Positions 40,381 through 49,737 of a DNA stretch of 50,380 nt are shown piece by piece. The position numbers were made by a program, and so were the translations under genes. How positions within the stretch are numbered: the stretch's first letter is position 1; every line of letters begins with the position of its first letter. The notes below the pieces were generated by a model. It was given only the letters and a program-made list of their open reading frames with translations, made no database searches and had not been told where the DNA came from. The DNA is from an uncultured Rhodospirillaceae bacterium (GTDB taxonomy: Bacteria > Pseudomonadota > Alphaproteobacteria > UBA2966). Location of the stretch: the NCBI GenBank assembly GCA_964401845.1, contig CAYOAD010000001.1:895-51274 (forward strand), in the 5' to 3' direction.

Positions 40381-40806
40381 CTACTCGTCCTGTTCGAACC
40401 GGGCGATGACGTCGTCCGGGACGGCAAAGGCCTTAATGCCGGATTTCTTCTCCGGCGCCTCGACCACCCAACAGCGGCGTTCGAAGCCCTCCAGGGCGGG
40501 GCGGCCGTCAACGTGCGTCAACTTGTGGCGCACCACGAAATGACGGCCGTTCCATTCGTCGACCCAGCTTTCCATCTCCAAGGCGTTGCCGTGCTCGCAG
40601 GGGTTCTGGTAGTTGGCGCCGGTTTCCAAAAGCGGCATGCCGACGACGCCGTAGGCCTCGGCGATATCCGCGAACCAGGCGCCGTTGGCCTTAAACAGAA
40701 CCTCCGTCGCCTTGTCGAACCAGACGTAGAAATTGGGGTAGAACACCTTTCCCGCGGCGTCGCAGTCGGCCCAGGTGACACTCACGTCAGACTTCAAAAC
40801 TTTCAT
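40381..40806 (-). CDS. Acyl/aroyl-CoA thioesterase (4-hydroxybenzoyl-CoA thioesterase-type hot-dog fold)
   Basis: WADCDAAGKVFYPNFYVWFD motif with the catalytic Asp position; 141 aa. Confidence 0.88.
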   Translation of the reverse strand: MKVLKSDVSVTWADCDAAGKVFYPNFYVWFDKATEVLFKANGAWFADIAEAYGVVGMPLLETGANYQNPCEHGNALEMESWVDEWNGRHFVVRHKLTHVDGRPALEGFERRCWVVEAPEKKSGIKAFAVPDDVIARFEQDE

Positions 40807-40847
40807 GTAAATTTCCTAACGAAACTCAAACAATATGAAACATCGGG

Positions 40848-41708
40848 CTAGTCCCGCATCCAGGCGCCGCCCCAGAGGTTCAGGGTGTGCTCCTCATGCG
40901 GCCATTCCCGGTAATCCTGTTCGTACGTAAAAACTTCCAATTCCGTAGAGAATTCCAGCTTGTTGCCGTCGGGATCCTCGACCATGAAGAAGAGATTGTC
41001 GCCCGGTCCATGGCGGCCCGGACCCCACCACATGGGAATACGCAGATCGCCCATGTGATCCGCCCAGTCGCGGATGTCGTTCCACGATTGGACTTCATAA
41101 CTGTGATGATCGAGCTCGGCATAGCCGGCGCCGAACATGGCGACTGTGTGGTGCAGCGAATCCGAACGGAAGAAGATCGCCGTCAAATTTCCTCCGTCGT
41201 CGAGCATTTTGTCGGACACGCGACAGCCCAATACGTTCTCATAGAAATCCACCATTTTCGGCAATTGGGTCGTGGCCACCGCGTAGTGCTGCAATTCACC
41301 GCCCAAATCCGTGCCTTCTTCAACCGGTTCTACCGATTTATAAGGCAGAACGCCGAAGGTCAGGCAGTTGCCGTCGGGATCCGCGACCGCAAAAGCATTG
41401 TCATCGAACAGAGGTGAGGGCGACGGCATGATTTCAGCGCCCTTGGCCGCCATGCCATCCCTCAGACGGGCCAGTCTGGTAGCGTCATCCAGCCAAAAAC
41501 CGGTGAATGCCGGACGCCGCGCCCCGCCCCTTGCCAGAAGAAGCCGGCGCTGCCGGCCAGTCAGCAGCCAGAGCTCGTCACCGACCTTCTCCGCCTCATA
41601 GCCCACGGCCGCGCGGTAAAACTCGATCATTTCATCGGGCTTTGCCGTCTCGATACAGATGTGGTCGAGGCGTGACGGCCAGATGGGGGCAAAGGCGTTT
41701 TTCAGCAT
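40848..41708 (-). CDS. Two-domain VOC protein, type I extradiol dioxygenase-like
   Basis: RLDHI, DPDGN (twice), LQHYAV, HHTVA, LDHHSYEV, WGPGRHGPGDNLFF, EDPDGNKLEF; His-His-Glu metal triad present. Start 41708 or 41765. Confidence 0.85.
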   Translation of the reverse strand: MLKNAFAPIWPSRLDHICIETAKPDEMIEFYRAAVGYEAEKVGDELWLLTGRQRRLLLARGGARRPAFTGFWLDDATRLARLRDGMAAKGAEIMPSPSPLFDDNAFAVADPDGNCLTFGVLPYKSVEPVEEGTDLGGELQHYAVATTQLPKMVDFYENVLGCRVSDKMLDDGGNLTAIFFRSDSLHHTVAMFGAGYAELDHHSYEVQSWNDIRDWADHMGDLRIPMWWGPGRHGPGDNLFFMVEDPDGNKLEFSTELEVFTYEQDYREWPHEEHTLNLWGGAWMRD

Positions 41709-41933
41709 AAAGGGCGGCTTCCAGGACGCTTGCGGCCGCATCCCACCCGAGGGATAAAGCGGCACTCAATGCGGTACAAATTTCCACAATGTCGGATTTC
41801 GGTCAAGAAATCGCCGCCCAGTTGGGTGTAGATTGGAATCGATACAAAGTATTGCCAATTCGTCCACAGCTTATATGTTCTGCCCAATGAACCCGATCGA
41901 TTGTACCCCCGCCCCCTTGCCGGAAAACCAATC

Positions 41934-44072
41934 ATGAGCGCCGAACGCTCCTTCAAGTCCGAAGTCGAACAGTTGCGGCTGGGCATCGGCGAGGTCTTTC
42001 ACGGCGAAGGCATCCTCGCCGTCACCAAGGCCCTGCTGCAATCCGGCGTTTCCTACGTCGGCGGCTATCAGGGTGCGCCCGTCTCGCATCTGATCGACGT
42101 CCTGATCGACGCCGAGGAATTGATGGACGAGATGGGCATCCACGTCGAGACCTGCGCCAACGAAGCCGCCGCCGCCGCCATGCTGGGGGCGTCCATCAAC
42201 TACCCCCTGCGCGGCGCCGTGACGTGGAAATCCATCGTCGGCACAAATGTGGCGGCTGATGCGCTTTCGAATCTCACGTCGCCCGGCGTCATCGGTGGCG
42301 CCCTGATCGTCATCGGCGAGGATTACGGCGAAGGCGCGAGCGTCATCCAGGAACGCAGCCTGGCCATGGCCATGAAGTCCACCATCTGGCTACTGGACCC
42401 GCGCCCCGAACTGCCGTCCATCGTCGGGGCGGTGGAAAAAGGGTTCGACCTGTCGGAGGCGACCAACACGCCGGTCATGCTGCAACTTCGCGTACGCGCC
42501 TGTCACGTCCAGGGGGAGTTCACGGCGGCGGAAAATCGGGCTCCCGCCATCGGCACCCACAACCGGCTGGCCGATCCGGCGGCATTTGAGTACGGCCGCC
42601 TCGCTCACCCGCCGGTCACCTTCGTTCAGGAAAAACTGAAGATCGCCGAACGGATACCAGCGGCGCAAAAGTTCATCATCGAAAACGGCCTCAACGAAAC
42701 CGTCGAGGGCGACCTCGACAATATCGGCATCATCGTGCCCGGAGGCCTCACCAACACCCTGCTGCGCCGGCTGGATGTCCTGGGCCTCAGCGACGGCTTC
42801 GGGGCGAGCCGTGTGCCGCTGCTGATCCTCAACGTCACCCATCCGCTGGCGCCCCAGGAGATCGCCGGTTTCTGTAGCGGCAAGGACGCCGTGCTAGTGG
42901 TCGAGGAAGGCAGCCCCGAATTCCTGGAGTTCCAGATCAACACCATCCTGCGTCAGGCCGACATCCAGACAAGGGTCCACGGCAAGGACGTCCTGCCCGC
43001 TGCCGGTGAATATACGGCGGACGTGATGCAGACCGGGCTTGTCGATTTCCTCAAACTGGCCTTCGTGCCGGGCATGAACTTCGCGGGCCTGACGGATGCG
43101 GGGGCCAGGGTCACCGATATCCGGCGCTCGGCCGCCGAGGCGCTCGGCGCGCCGCCACCACCCAGGCCGCCGGGGTTCTGCACGGGCTGCCCGGAAAGAC
43201 CGGTGTTTTCCGCGCTCAAAATCATCCAGGAGGAAATCGGCAAGGTTCATATGGCCGCCGACATCGGCTGCCATGCCTTTGCCACGTTCGAGCCCTTTTC
43301 GATGGGTAACTCCATTCTCGGCTACGGCATGTCGCTGGCCAGCGCCGCGGCGGTTGCCCCCTTCCAGAACCGGCGTTCGATTTCGATCATGGGCGACGGC
43401 GGGTTCTGGCACAACGGCCTGGCCACCGGCGTTATCGGCACGCAATTGAACGAGGGCGATTCGATCCTCATCATCATGCAAAACGGCTATACCTCGGCCA
43501 CCGGGCAGCAGTTCATACCCAGCAGCGCTGTGGGCCGCGGCGACGCACCGCCCGGCATGGACATCGAAACCACGTTGCGGGCGCTGAGCGTGCCGTGGCT
43601 CAAGAAAATCCGGACCTATTCCGTCTCCGTCATGGTCGACACCCTGCGGGAGGCGCTGACGACGGAGACCAACGGCCTGAAGGTGATCATCGCCGACGGC
43701 GAATGCCAGTTGGCGCGCCAACGCAAGCTGCGTCCCATTAACGCCGCGCGCCTGGAAAAAGGCCAGCGCGTGGCGCTGCCGCAATTCGGCGTCGATGACG
43801 AGATCTGCACCGGCGATCACGCCTGCATCCGGCTTTCGGCCTGTCCCAGCCTGGGCATCAAGGACAACCCCGATCCTCTGCGCAGCGATCCCGTCACCAC
43901 GGTCGAGCAAAGCTGTGTCGGTTGCGGGCTCTGCGGCGAGGTCGCCCACGCGGCCACGCTTTGCCCCTCGTTCTACCGGGCGGAGCGCATCCGCAACCCC
44001 GGCGGCTTTGAAGCCGTTCTGCACAAGGCGCGCACGCGTGTCATCAGCTGGCTGGGCGGAAACGCCGCATGA
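41934..44072 (+). CDS. iorA: Indolepyruvate:ferredoxin oxidoreductase alpha-subunit family (long form)
   Basis: GYQGAP, NEAAA, KSIVGTNVAAD, RPPGFCTGCPERP, DIGCH, TPP motif GDGGFWHNG...N, C-terminal ferredoxin Cys (CTGDHAC..CP, CVGCGLC). Confidence 0.9.
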   Translation: MSAERSFKSEVEQLRLGIGEVFHGEGILAVTKALLQSGVSYVGGYQGAPVSHLIDVLIDAEELMDEMGIHVETCANEAAAAAMLGASINYPLRGAVTWKSIVGTNVAADALSNLTSPGVIGGALIVIGEDYGEGASVIQERSLAMAMKSTIWLLDPRPELPSIVGAVEKGFDLSEATNTPVMLQLRVRACHVQGEFTAAENRAPAIGTHNRLADPAAFEYGRLAHPPVTFVQEKLKIAERIPAAQKFIIENGLNETVEGDLDNIGIIVPGGLTNTLLRRLDVLGLSDGFGASRVPLLILNVTHPLAPQEIAGFCSGKDAVLVVEEGSPEFLEFQINTILRQADIQTRVHGKDVLPAAGEYTADVMQTGLVDFLKLAFVPGMNFAGLTDAGARVTDIRRSAAEALGAPPPPRPPGFCTGCPERPVFSALKIIQEEIGKVHMAADIGCHAFATFEPFSMGNSILGYGMSLASAAAVAPFQNRRSISIMGDGGFWHNGLATGVIGTQLNEGDSILIIMQNGYTSATGQQFIPSSAVGRGDAPPGMDIETTLRALSVPWLKKIRTYSVSVMVDTLREALTTETNGLKVIIADGECQLARQRKLRPINAARLEKGQRVALPQFGVDDEICTGDHACIRLSACPSLGIKDNPDPLRSDPVTTVEQSCVGCGLCGEVAHAATLCPSFYRAERIRNPGGFEAVLHKARTRVISWLGGNAA

Positions 44073-45586
44073 GCAACGCGCCAACAAGACCGGTTTCCTT
44101 GCTGATCGCGGCCCTGGGCGGCGAGGGTGGCGGGGTGTTGACGCGCTGGATCGTCAATTCCGCCAGGGCGGATGGCCTGCCCGTGCAGGCGACCTCCATC
44201 CCCGGCGTCGCCCAGCGGACGGGTTCGACAACCTATTACATCGAGATCTGGCCCGAGGCGATCGACCCCCAGGACGGCCGCCGGCCGGTCTTCTCGCTCG
44301 CCCCGGCCGCCGGCGAGGTGGACATCGTTGCCGCCACGGAACTGGCGGAAGCGGCGCGCATGATCGAAGCGGGATACGTCACCCCCGACCGCACCACCCT
44401 GGTGGCATCCGATCACCGCGTCGCCACCACCCACGAGAAGATCGCCATGGGCGACGGCCGCGCCGACAGCGCCCAACTGGCGGAGGCCGCCGCGCGGCGT
44501 TCGGCCGACTTGATCATGTTCGACATGAAAGCGGCAGCGGCGGAAAAAGGCGCCATCGTCAACTCGGTCATTCTCGGGGCGATTTCTGCCTGCGGCGTGC
44601 TGCCCGTCTCGCCGGAGAGGTTCGTCGCCGCCATCCGCGACGAGGGAAAAGCGGTGGAGTCAAATCTCGGGGGCTACCACGCGGGCGTCGCGTTCGCCAA
44701 GGGCCAGGATCCGGCGTCTCTGGCGACGGACGGCGCCGCAACAGCCGAATTGCCGACCGCCTTGGAAAGCCGGATCACCGGATCGTTCCCCGCCGACGCC
44801 GGTGACCTTGTCAGAACCGGCGCGGCAAGAATGATCGACTACCAGGATGAGGATTATGCCCGGCTTTACCTCGACAGGTTGCAGAGCTTGGGTGTATTGG
44901 ACCCCCAAACTCTCAACAGCACCGCCCGGCATCTCGCGGTGCGCATGTCGTTCGAAGACGTCTACCGGGTGGCTCAGGCCAAGACCCGGGCCAGCCGCCT
45001 AACCGATATCCGAAAGACGGCGGGCGCCTCACCCGATGAACCGGTGATCGTTTCCGACTTCTTCAAACCCCGTTTCGAGGAACTCTGTGACGCCCAGCCC
45101 GCCGGTTTCGCGAGGCGGTTGCTGAAATTCGCTGAAACGCGCCCGGCACTTGCCGCCAAATCCTGGCCCATGGAAATCCGCAGTACCACGGTCTGGGGAT
45201 TTTTCCGCCTCCGTTTGCTCGCCGGACTGAAAGGGTTGCGCCGCTCGTCCCTTCGTTACGCCCGCGAACAGGCGGAAATCGAAACCTGGCTTGGGTATAT
45301 CCGCGATGCGGCAGCCGCATCGGACCGCCTCGCGCTCGAGATCAGCGAATGCGCCGGTCTGATCAAGGGCTACGGCGAGACCCATCGGCGCGGCACGGCC
45401 AGCTTCACCGCCATCTGTGATGATCTTGTCCGGAGCGCGGCCGGCGGAACGATGCCGGCGGAGGATGCAGCCGATGCCATTGCCACAGCCCGCAAGGCGG
45501 CGCTGGCGGACCCCGATGGCCAAGCGTTGGAGCAGACCTTGGCGCAGCGCCCGCCAAATGCCGTGAAAAAGGAAGACGCCGCTTAG
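44069..45586 (+). CDS. iorB: Indolepyruvate oxidoreductase beta-subunit family with C-terminal helical extension
   Basis: ALGGEGGGVL, TSIPGVAQRTGSTTYY, DYQD..YARLY, MSFED..RVA, LIKGYGETH; ATGA overlap with iorA. Confidence 0.88.
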   Translation: MSNAPTRPVSLLIAALGGEGGGVLTRWIVNSARADGLPVQATSIPGVAQRTGSTTYYIEIWPEAIDPQDGRRPVFSLAPAAGEVDIVAATELAEAARMIEAGYVTPDRTTLVASDHRVATTHEKIAMGDGRADSAQLAEAAARRSADLIMFDMKAAAAEKGAIVNSVILGAISACGVLPVSPERFVAAIRDEGKAVESNLGGYHAGVAFAKGQDPASLATDGAATAELPTALESRITGSFPADAGDLVRTGAARMIDYQDEDYARLYLDRLQSLGVLDPQTLNSTARHLAVRMSFEDVYRVAQAKTRASRLTDIRKTAGASPDEPVIVSDFFKPRFEELCDAQPAGFARRLLKFAETRPALAAKSWPMEIRSTTVWGFFRLRLLAGLKGLRRSSLRYAREQAEIETWLGYIRDAAAASDRLALEISECAGLIKGYGETHRRGTASFTAICDDLVRSAAGGTMPAEDAADAIATARKAALADPDGQALEQTLAQRPPNAVKKEDAA

Positions 45587-46929
45587 TCGGCCGCCGCCCC
45601 CGGCGCGTCGTCACGGACGTAGCGTTTCAGGATTGCCAGCCGTTCATCGATCTTACGGCTGATGTGCGCGACCTCCTCCTCGTCTAGGTGGCGGTACTTG
45701 CCGTTCAGCGCAACGTATTCCTCGACGGGAACCGGCTTGTCGGTCGGTCTGGTGAAGGTCAGCCCGTCCTCCGGCGTGAATTCCCAGAGCGTGACGAAAT
45801 TGGTCTCGACGCCCTTGCGGCAAACCTCGATGGTCTCGGCGGAGGAAAAACGCCAGCCCGAGGGACAGGGGGCGAAGACGTGCAGGTAAGCCATGCCGTG
45901 TTTGCTCGCCTCGATCGCCTTGTCGAGCTTGTCGTAATAATCCTCCATGTAGGCCAGCGATGCCGTCGCCACATAAGTACAATTGTGGTTCATCATGATG
46001 ACCGGCATGTTCTTGGCGTCCTGCGACTTACCGCGCAAGGCATCGCCCACCGGCGTCGTCGAGGTCCAGGAGCCGAATGAGGTCGAACCCGAACGCTGCA
46101 TACCGGTGTTCATGTAGCCTTCGTTGTCGACGCAGACGTAAAGCATCTGTTCGCCGCGCTCCGCCGCGCCCGAGAGCGACTGAAAACCGACGTCCACGGT
46201 ACCGCCGTCACCGGCCAGCGCCAGCATCTGCACGTCGCCCCGACCGACCCGGTTGTACTGCTTCTTGATGCCCGACAGCATGGAGGCAGTATTGGTCAGC
46301 AGCGGATGAAAGACCGGCACCTTGGTCCCGGTCTGGCCGTTGTAGCCCACCGTGCCCATACCGGGAATACAGCCGGGCGGCGTCGCCAACACCGTGTTGG
46401 CGCCGACGCGCCTCAGCGTATGGCGGATCAGCAGTTCCGAATTGCAGCCCTGACAAGCGGCCAGGCCCGGTACGAACAGGTCCTCCTCCCCGCCCATCTC
46501 GCGATAGATACGGGCGGCGCCGCTGAGACCCAGCGCGTCGTGGGGACAGGCCTTGACGCAGGCCGGATCGCCGTCGCAGGTATCGCACTTCACGACATGA
46601 CCGGCAGCCTGGTTGAACTGGATGCCGCCGTAAGCACAGCCGACCGTACATAAAAGACAGTCGACGCACTTGGTGGCGTCCCAGTCGATCACGCCATTGT
46701 CCGAGTTCTTCGCCAACGCCGCGGCAGGGCAGTTCATGACGCACTTGGGATCGCCGCATTGGCGGCAGAGCGCCAGTTCGAAGCGCCCGTCATCGCCGGC
46801 GACGACCTGCAGCCGGGAATTGACGATGTCGCCGGCGCCCGTCTTGGCCTCGGCACAGGCGGTCATGCAGTCGTTGCAGCCGTCGCAGAGATCGGCGTTG
46901 AAGGTGATGGTATCGTAACTGTAACCCAC
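45583..46929 (-). CDS. padI: Phenylglyoxylate:NAD+ oxidoreductase beta subunit (ferredoxin domain fused to TPP-binding domain)
   Basis: N-terminal 4Fe-4S motifs (CDGCNDC, CRQC..PKC, CVDCLLC, KCDTC..PACV..CP) fused to ACQGC, GDG, DNEGYMNTG, PCP; position in the E-F-G-H-I series. Confidence 0.88.
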   Translation of the reverse strand: MGYSYDTITFNADLCDGCNDCMTACAEAKTGAGDIVNSRLQVVAGDDGRFELALCRQCGDPKCVMNCPAAALAKNSDNGVIDWDATKCVDCLLCTVGCAYGGIQFNQAAGHVVKCDTCDGDPACVKACPHDALGLSGAARIYREMGGEEDLFVPGLAACQGCNSELLIRHTLRRVGANTVLATPPGCIPGMGTVGYNGQTGTKVPVFHPLLTNTASMLSGIKKQYNRVGRGDVQMLALAGDGGTVDVGFQSLSGAAERGEQMLYVCVDNEGYMNTGMQRSGSTSFGSWTSTTPVGDALRGKSQDAKNMPVIMMNHNCTYVATASLAYMEDYYDKLDKAIEASKHGMAYLHVFAPCPSGWRFSSAETIEVCRKGVETNFVTLWEFTPEDGLTFTRPTDKPVPVEEYVALNGKYRHLDEEEVAHISRKIDERLAILKRYVRDDAPGAAAD

Positions 46930-46939
46930 GGTCTGTCCC

Positions 46940-48202
46940 CTAACGCCAGTTCTGTGACATCAATTTGCGGCCGGTCTCTCCGGGCTTCGCCAGGAAGTCC
47001 GCCTTGACCGGATCGATGTCGATTTTGCGTAAAATCAGTTGCCACATGATGCCGGCGTCGAACCCAAGGTCGATGCCGGAGATACCCTGAAGCTTGCCGT
47101 CGCGCAGCACGATGGAGCGGTAGCTCGGCGCCTCGGGCCCGCCTTCGATCGAGACTTCCGCCCCGCCATTGAGAGCATCACCACCGCTCAAGCCGACGGA
47201 GAGCGCCTGCCGTCCGAAAAACCGATAGGTGTTGATCGGCACCCCGCCGGGGTAGGGTTTGACCCCCGTATCACCGGTCATGTCCATGCCGGCGATGCGG
47301 CCCTGCTCCACGGCGTTGGGCAGAATGCCGATATTGGACTTGCCCTCAGCGTAGAAATCGTCCGCCGCCGCAACGTCACCGGCGGCCCAGATATCGGGTT
47401 GGTTGGTGCGCATGAATTCGTCGACGACGACGCCGCCCTCGATTTCCACGCCACTGCCCTCGAGGTAGTCGACCACGGGCTTCACGCCCGTCGCCACCAG
47501 GACGAGATCGCTCTCCACCACGCTGCCGTCATCCAGCGTGGCGGCGTAGCGTTTAGCGCTTTTCGCAACTTCCGACACCGCCCGGCCCATCAACATCGTG
47601 GCGCCGTGGTCCGTGAAGGCGGCTTCGATCATCCCGGCCGCCGTGGCGTCGAAATAGCCCGGCAGCACCTGATCCTGCATTTCCACGACGGTGACCTTGT
47701 AACCGGCTTCGACCAGGTTTTCGGCAGCGTGCATGCCGACCAGACCGGCGCCCATCACCAAAGCCGAGCCGCCGGGGGCCAAACCGGCCTTGAGCGAAGT
47801 GGCGTCGTCCATGGTGCGCAGGACGTGGAACGGCACGTCATCCAATCCCTTGACCGGCGGAATGGCCGGCGCGGCACCACTAGCTAGCAGGAGTTTTCCG
47901 TATTCGAGCGAACGACCGCAGGTCTGTGTCACCGTGTGCGCCGTCGGGTCGATCGAGGCAACCTCACAGCCCGTGCGCAGCAGGACATTGTTGTCCTCGA
48001 ACCAGTCTTGGTCGCGCAAGGCGACATTTTCCGGCTCCGAACGCCCCGACACGACATAGGGCAGGACGGTCGGCGAATAGGGCGGATGGCCGTCGCGCGT
48101 CAGCATGACGATGTCGCCGTCGCCGTCGATCAAACGAATGGCGCTCGCCGCCTCCAGCGCGGCATGGGACGAGCCGATGATGAGATAGGGGATGGGACTC
48201 AT
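46940..48202 (-). CDS. padH: Phenylglyoxylate:NAD+ oxidoreductase FAD/NAD-binding subunit
   Basis: IIGSSHAA, YSPTVLPYVVSG, intact GAGLVG followed by VVE (NAD-type), WAAGD; between alpha and beta subunit genes. Confidence 0.88.
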   Translation of the reverse strand: MSPIPYLIIGSSHAALEAASAIRLIDGDGDIVMLTRDGHPPYSPTVLPYVVSGRSEPENVALRDQDWFEDNNVLLRTGCEVASIDPTAHTVTQTCGRSLEYGKLLLASGAAPAIPPVKGLDDVPFHVLRTMDDATSLKAGLAPGGSALVMGAGLVGMHAAENLVEAGYKVTVVEMQDQVLPGYFDATAAGMIEAAFTDHGATMLMGRAVSEVAKSAKRYAATLDDGSVVESDLVLVATGVKPVVDYLEGSGVEIEGGVVVDEFMRTNQPDIWAAGDVAAADDFYAEGKSNIGILPNAVEQGRIAGMDMTGDTGVKPYPGGVPINTYRFFGRQALSVGLSGGDALNGGAEVSIEGGPEAPSYRSIVLRDGKLQGISGIDLGFDAGIMWQLILRKIDIDPVKADFLAKPGETGRKLMSQNWR

Positions 48203-48217
48203 GTGTTTGACTTTCGC

Positions 48218-49444
48218 TTAGTCGTTTTCGTTCAGCCAGATCGGGCCATCGGTCTCGAAGCCCGCCAGGGCTTGTGCCGTCAGATCGATGGCTTGGGCGA
48301 AGTGCCCGACCGTGATGTCGGCGCCGGCCAGGCCGCCGATGAAGCTCAGCGCCGGTATGCGGTCCTTGAGGTGATAGAGTGCACCCATGGTTTCCTGATA
48401 GACCGGACCGGAATTCCAGCCGAAGCTGACGGCCCGGTCGACGACGCCGATCGCCTTTACTTTCGAAAGCGCTGACTTCATGGCCTCCAGCGGGAAGGGG
48501 CGGAAGGTCTTGACCTTGATGAGGCCCACCTTCTGGCCGCTCTCCCGCGCCTCGTCGACGGCGTCCTTGCCGGCGCCGCTCATGCTGCCGATGGTCACCA
48601 GAGCATAATCGGCGTCGTCCAGGCGGTATTCCTCGATCAAGGGCGCGTGTTCGAAGCCGAAGCGGTCGGCCCACTCCTCGTGCACCTCCGTGATGACCCT
48701 GAGCGCCGCCTGCATGGCGTCGCAGTGGCCCTTGCGGTATTCGACGAACTTGGCCGGGCCCGGGCCGCCGGCGCCACCGATCAGCGGGTCGACGCCCATG
48801 GGCCGTTCCGGATCCAGCGCGATGTGCCAATTGACGTTCTTTTCGCCAAGGAAGGCGTCGACTTCCGCCTGTTCGGGGATCTCCACCCGGCTGACGCCAT
48901 AGGAAAGATAATTACCGTCGTGATTGACGTTGACCGGCAGCATGACGTCGGGGTGTTCGGCGACCTTGTAGGCCATGGGGATGGTGTTCAGCGTCTCCTG
49001 GCTGGTTTCGCAGTACATGTGGATCCAGCCGGCGTCGCGCACCGTCATGGCGTCCTGCTGGCTGCCCCAGACGGCCTGGGGGCTGAGACCGTCACGGGTC
49101 ACCAGCGAAGCGACGATGGGCAGCCTGAGACCGGGCGTGCGCCAGTAAGGTTCGAACATGAAGGCGAGGCCAGGACCGCAGGTCGCGGTATAGGTCCGCC
49201 CGCCGGCCAGCGCCGCGCCATGCAGGCCGGACAAGACGCTGTGTTCTCCCTCCATGTTCATCAGTTCGGCGTCCAGCAGGCCGTCGGCGATGAACTGCGA
49301 GAGGTATTCCACCAGCGAGGACTGCGGCGTGATGGGATAGACCGCCACCATGTCGGGACGCGACAGGAGCGCGCCCCAGGCGGCGGCTTCGTTGCCGTCG
49401 CAGACGATGACGCGGGATTCGTTGGAATGGGCGAGGTTTGTCAT
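48218..49444 (-). CDS. padG: Phenylglyoxylate:NAD+ oxidoreductase alpha subunit
   Basis: DGNEAAAWG, VYPITPQS, EGEHS, TATCGPGL, FRPFP, FIGGLAGADI; start set at ATG 49444 with a GGAGG RBS. Confidence 0.87.
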   Translation of the reverse strand: MTNLAHSNESRVIVCDGNEAAAWGALLSRPDMVAVYPITPQSSLVEYLSQFIADGLLDAELMNMEGEHSVLSGLHGAALAGGRTYTATCGPGLAFMFEPYWRTPGLRLPIVASLVTRDGLSPQAVWGSQQDAMTVRDAGWIHMYCETSQETLNTIPMAYKVAEHPDVMLPVNVNHDGNYLSYGVSRVEIPEQAEVDAFLGEKNVNWHIALDPERPMGVDPLIGGAGGPGPAKFVEYRKGHCDAMQAALRVITEVHEEWADRFGFEHAPLIEEYRLDDADYALVTIGSMSGAGKDAVDEARESGQKVGLIKVKTFRPFPLEAMKSALSKVKAIGVVDRAVSFGWNSGPVYQETMGALYHLKDRIPALSFIGGLAGADITVGHFAQAIDLTAQALAGFETDGPIWLNEND

Positions 49445-49446
49445 GA

Positions 49447-49737
49447 TCAGTCCTCCCGCTCGGGCACCATGGCGATGGCGCGCTGGGGACATTCGGCGGC
49501 ACAAATACCGCAGCCTTTGCAGGTGTCCAGCTGGATGTCGAACCAGCGCGGGCGTTCGGTGATGCACTGCACCGGGCAGAAAATCCAGCAAACGGCGCAT
49601 TTGACGCACTTGTCGCGGTCGACAACCGGGCGCTCGGCGCGCCAGTCGCCGGGCAGCATTTCGCTGTATTTCGTGGCGATGGGCGCCATGCCGTCGGGCA
49701 CGCCCGAGGCGTCGAAAGGGGCGCGGGTATGGCTCAT
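49447..49737 (-). CDS. padF: Phenylglyoxylate:NAD+ oxidoreductase delta subunit (2[4Fe-4S])
   Basis: GDWR..RPVVD, CVKCAVCWIFCP, CKGCGICAAECP. Confidence 0.87.
   Translation of the reverse strand: MSHTRAPFDASGVPDGMAPIATKYSEMLPGDWRAERPVVDRDKCVKCAVCWIFCPVQCITERPRWFDIQLDTCKGCGICAAECPQRAIAMVPERED

Noticed and set aside
46933-46941. Second CTGTCCCC resembling the palindrome end at 11012-11019
   Set aside because: Single arm only; it reads as the GGGGA ribosome-binding site of padI on the minus strand.
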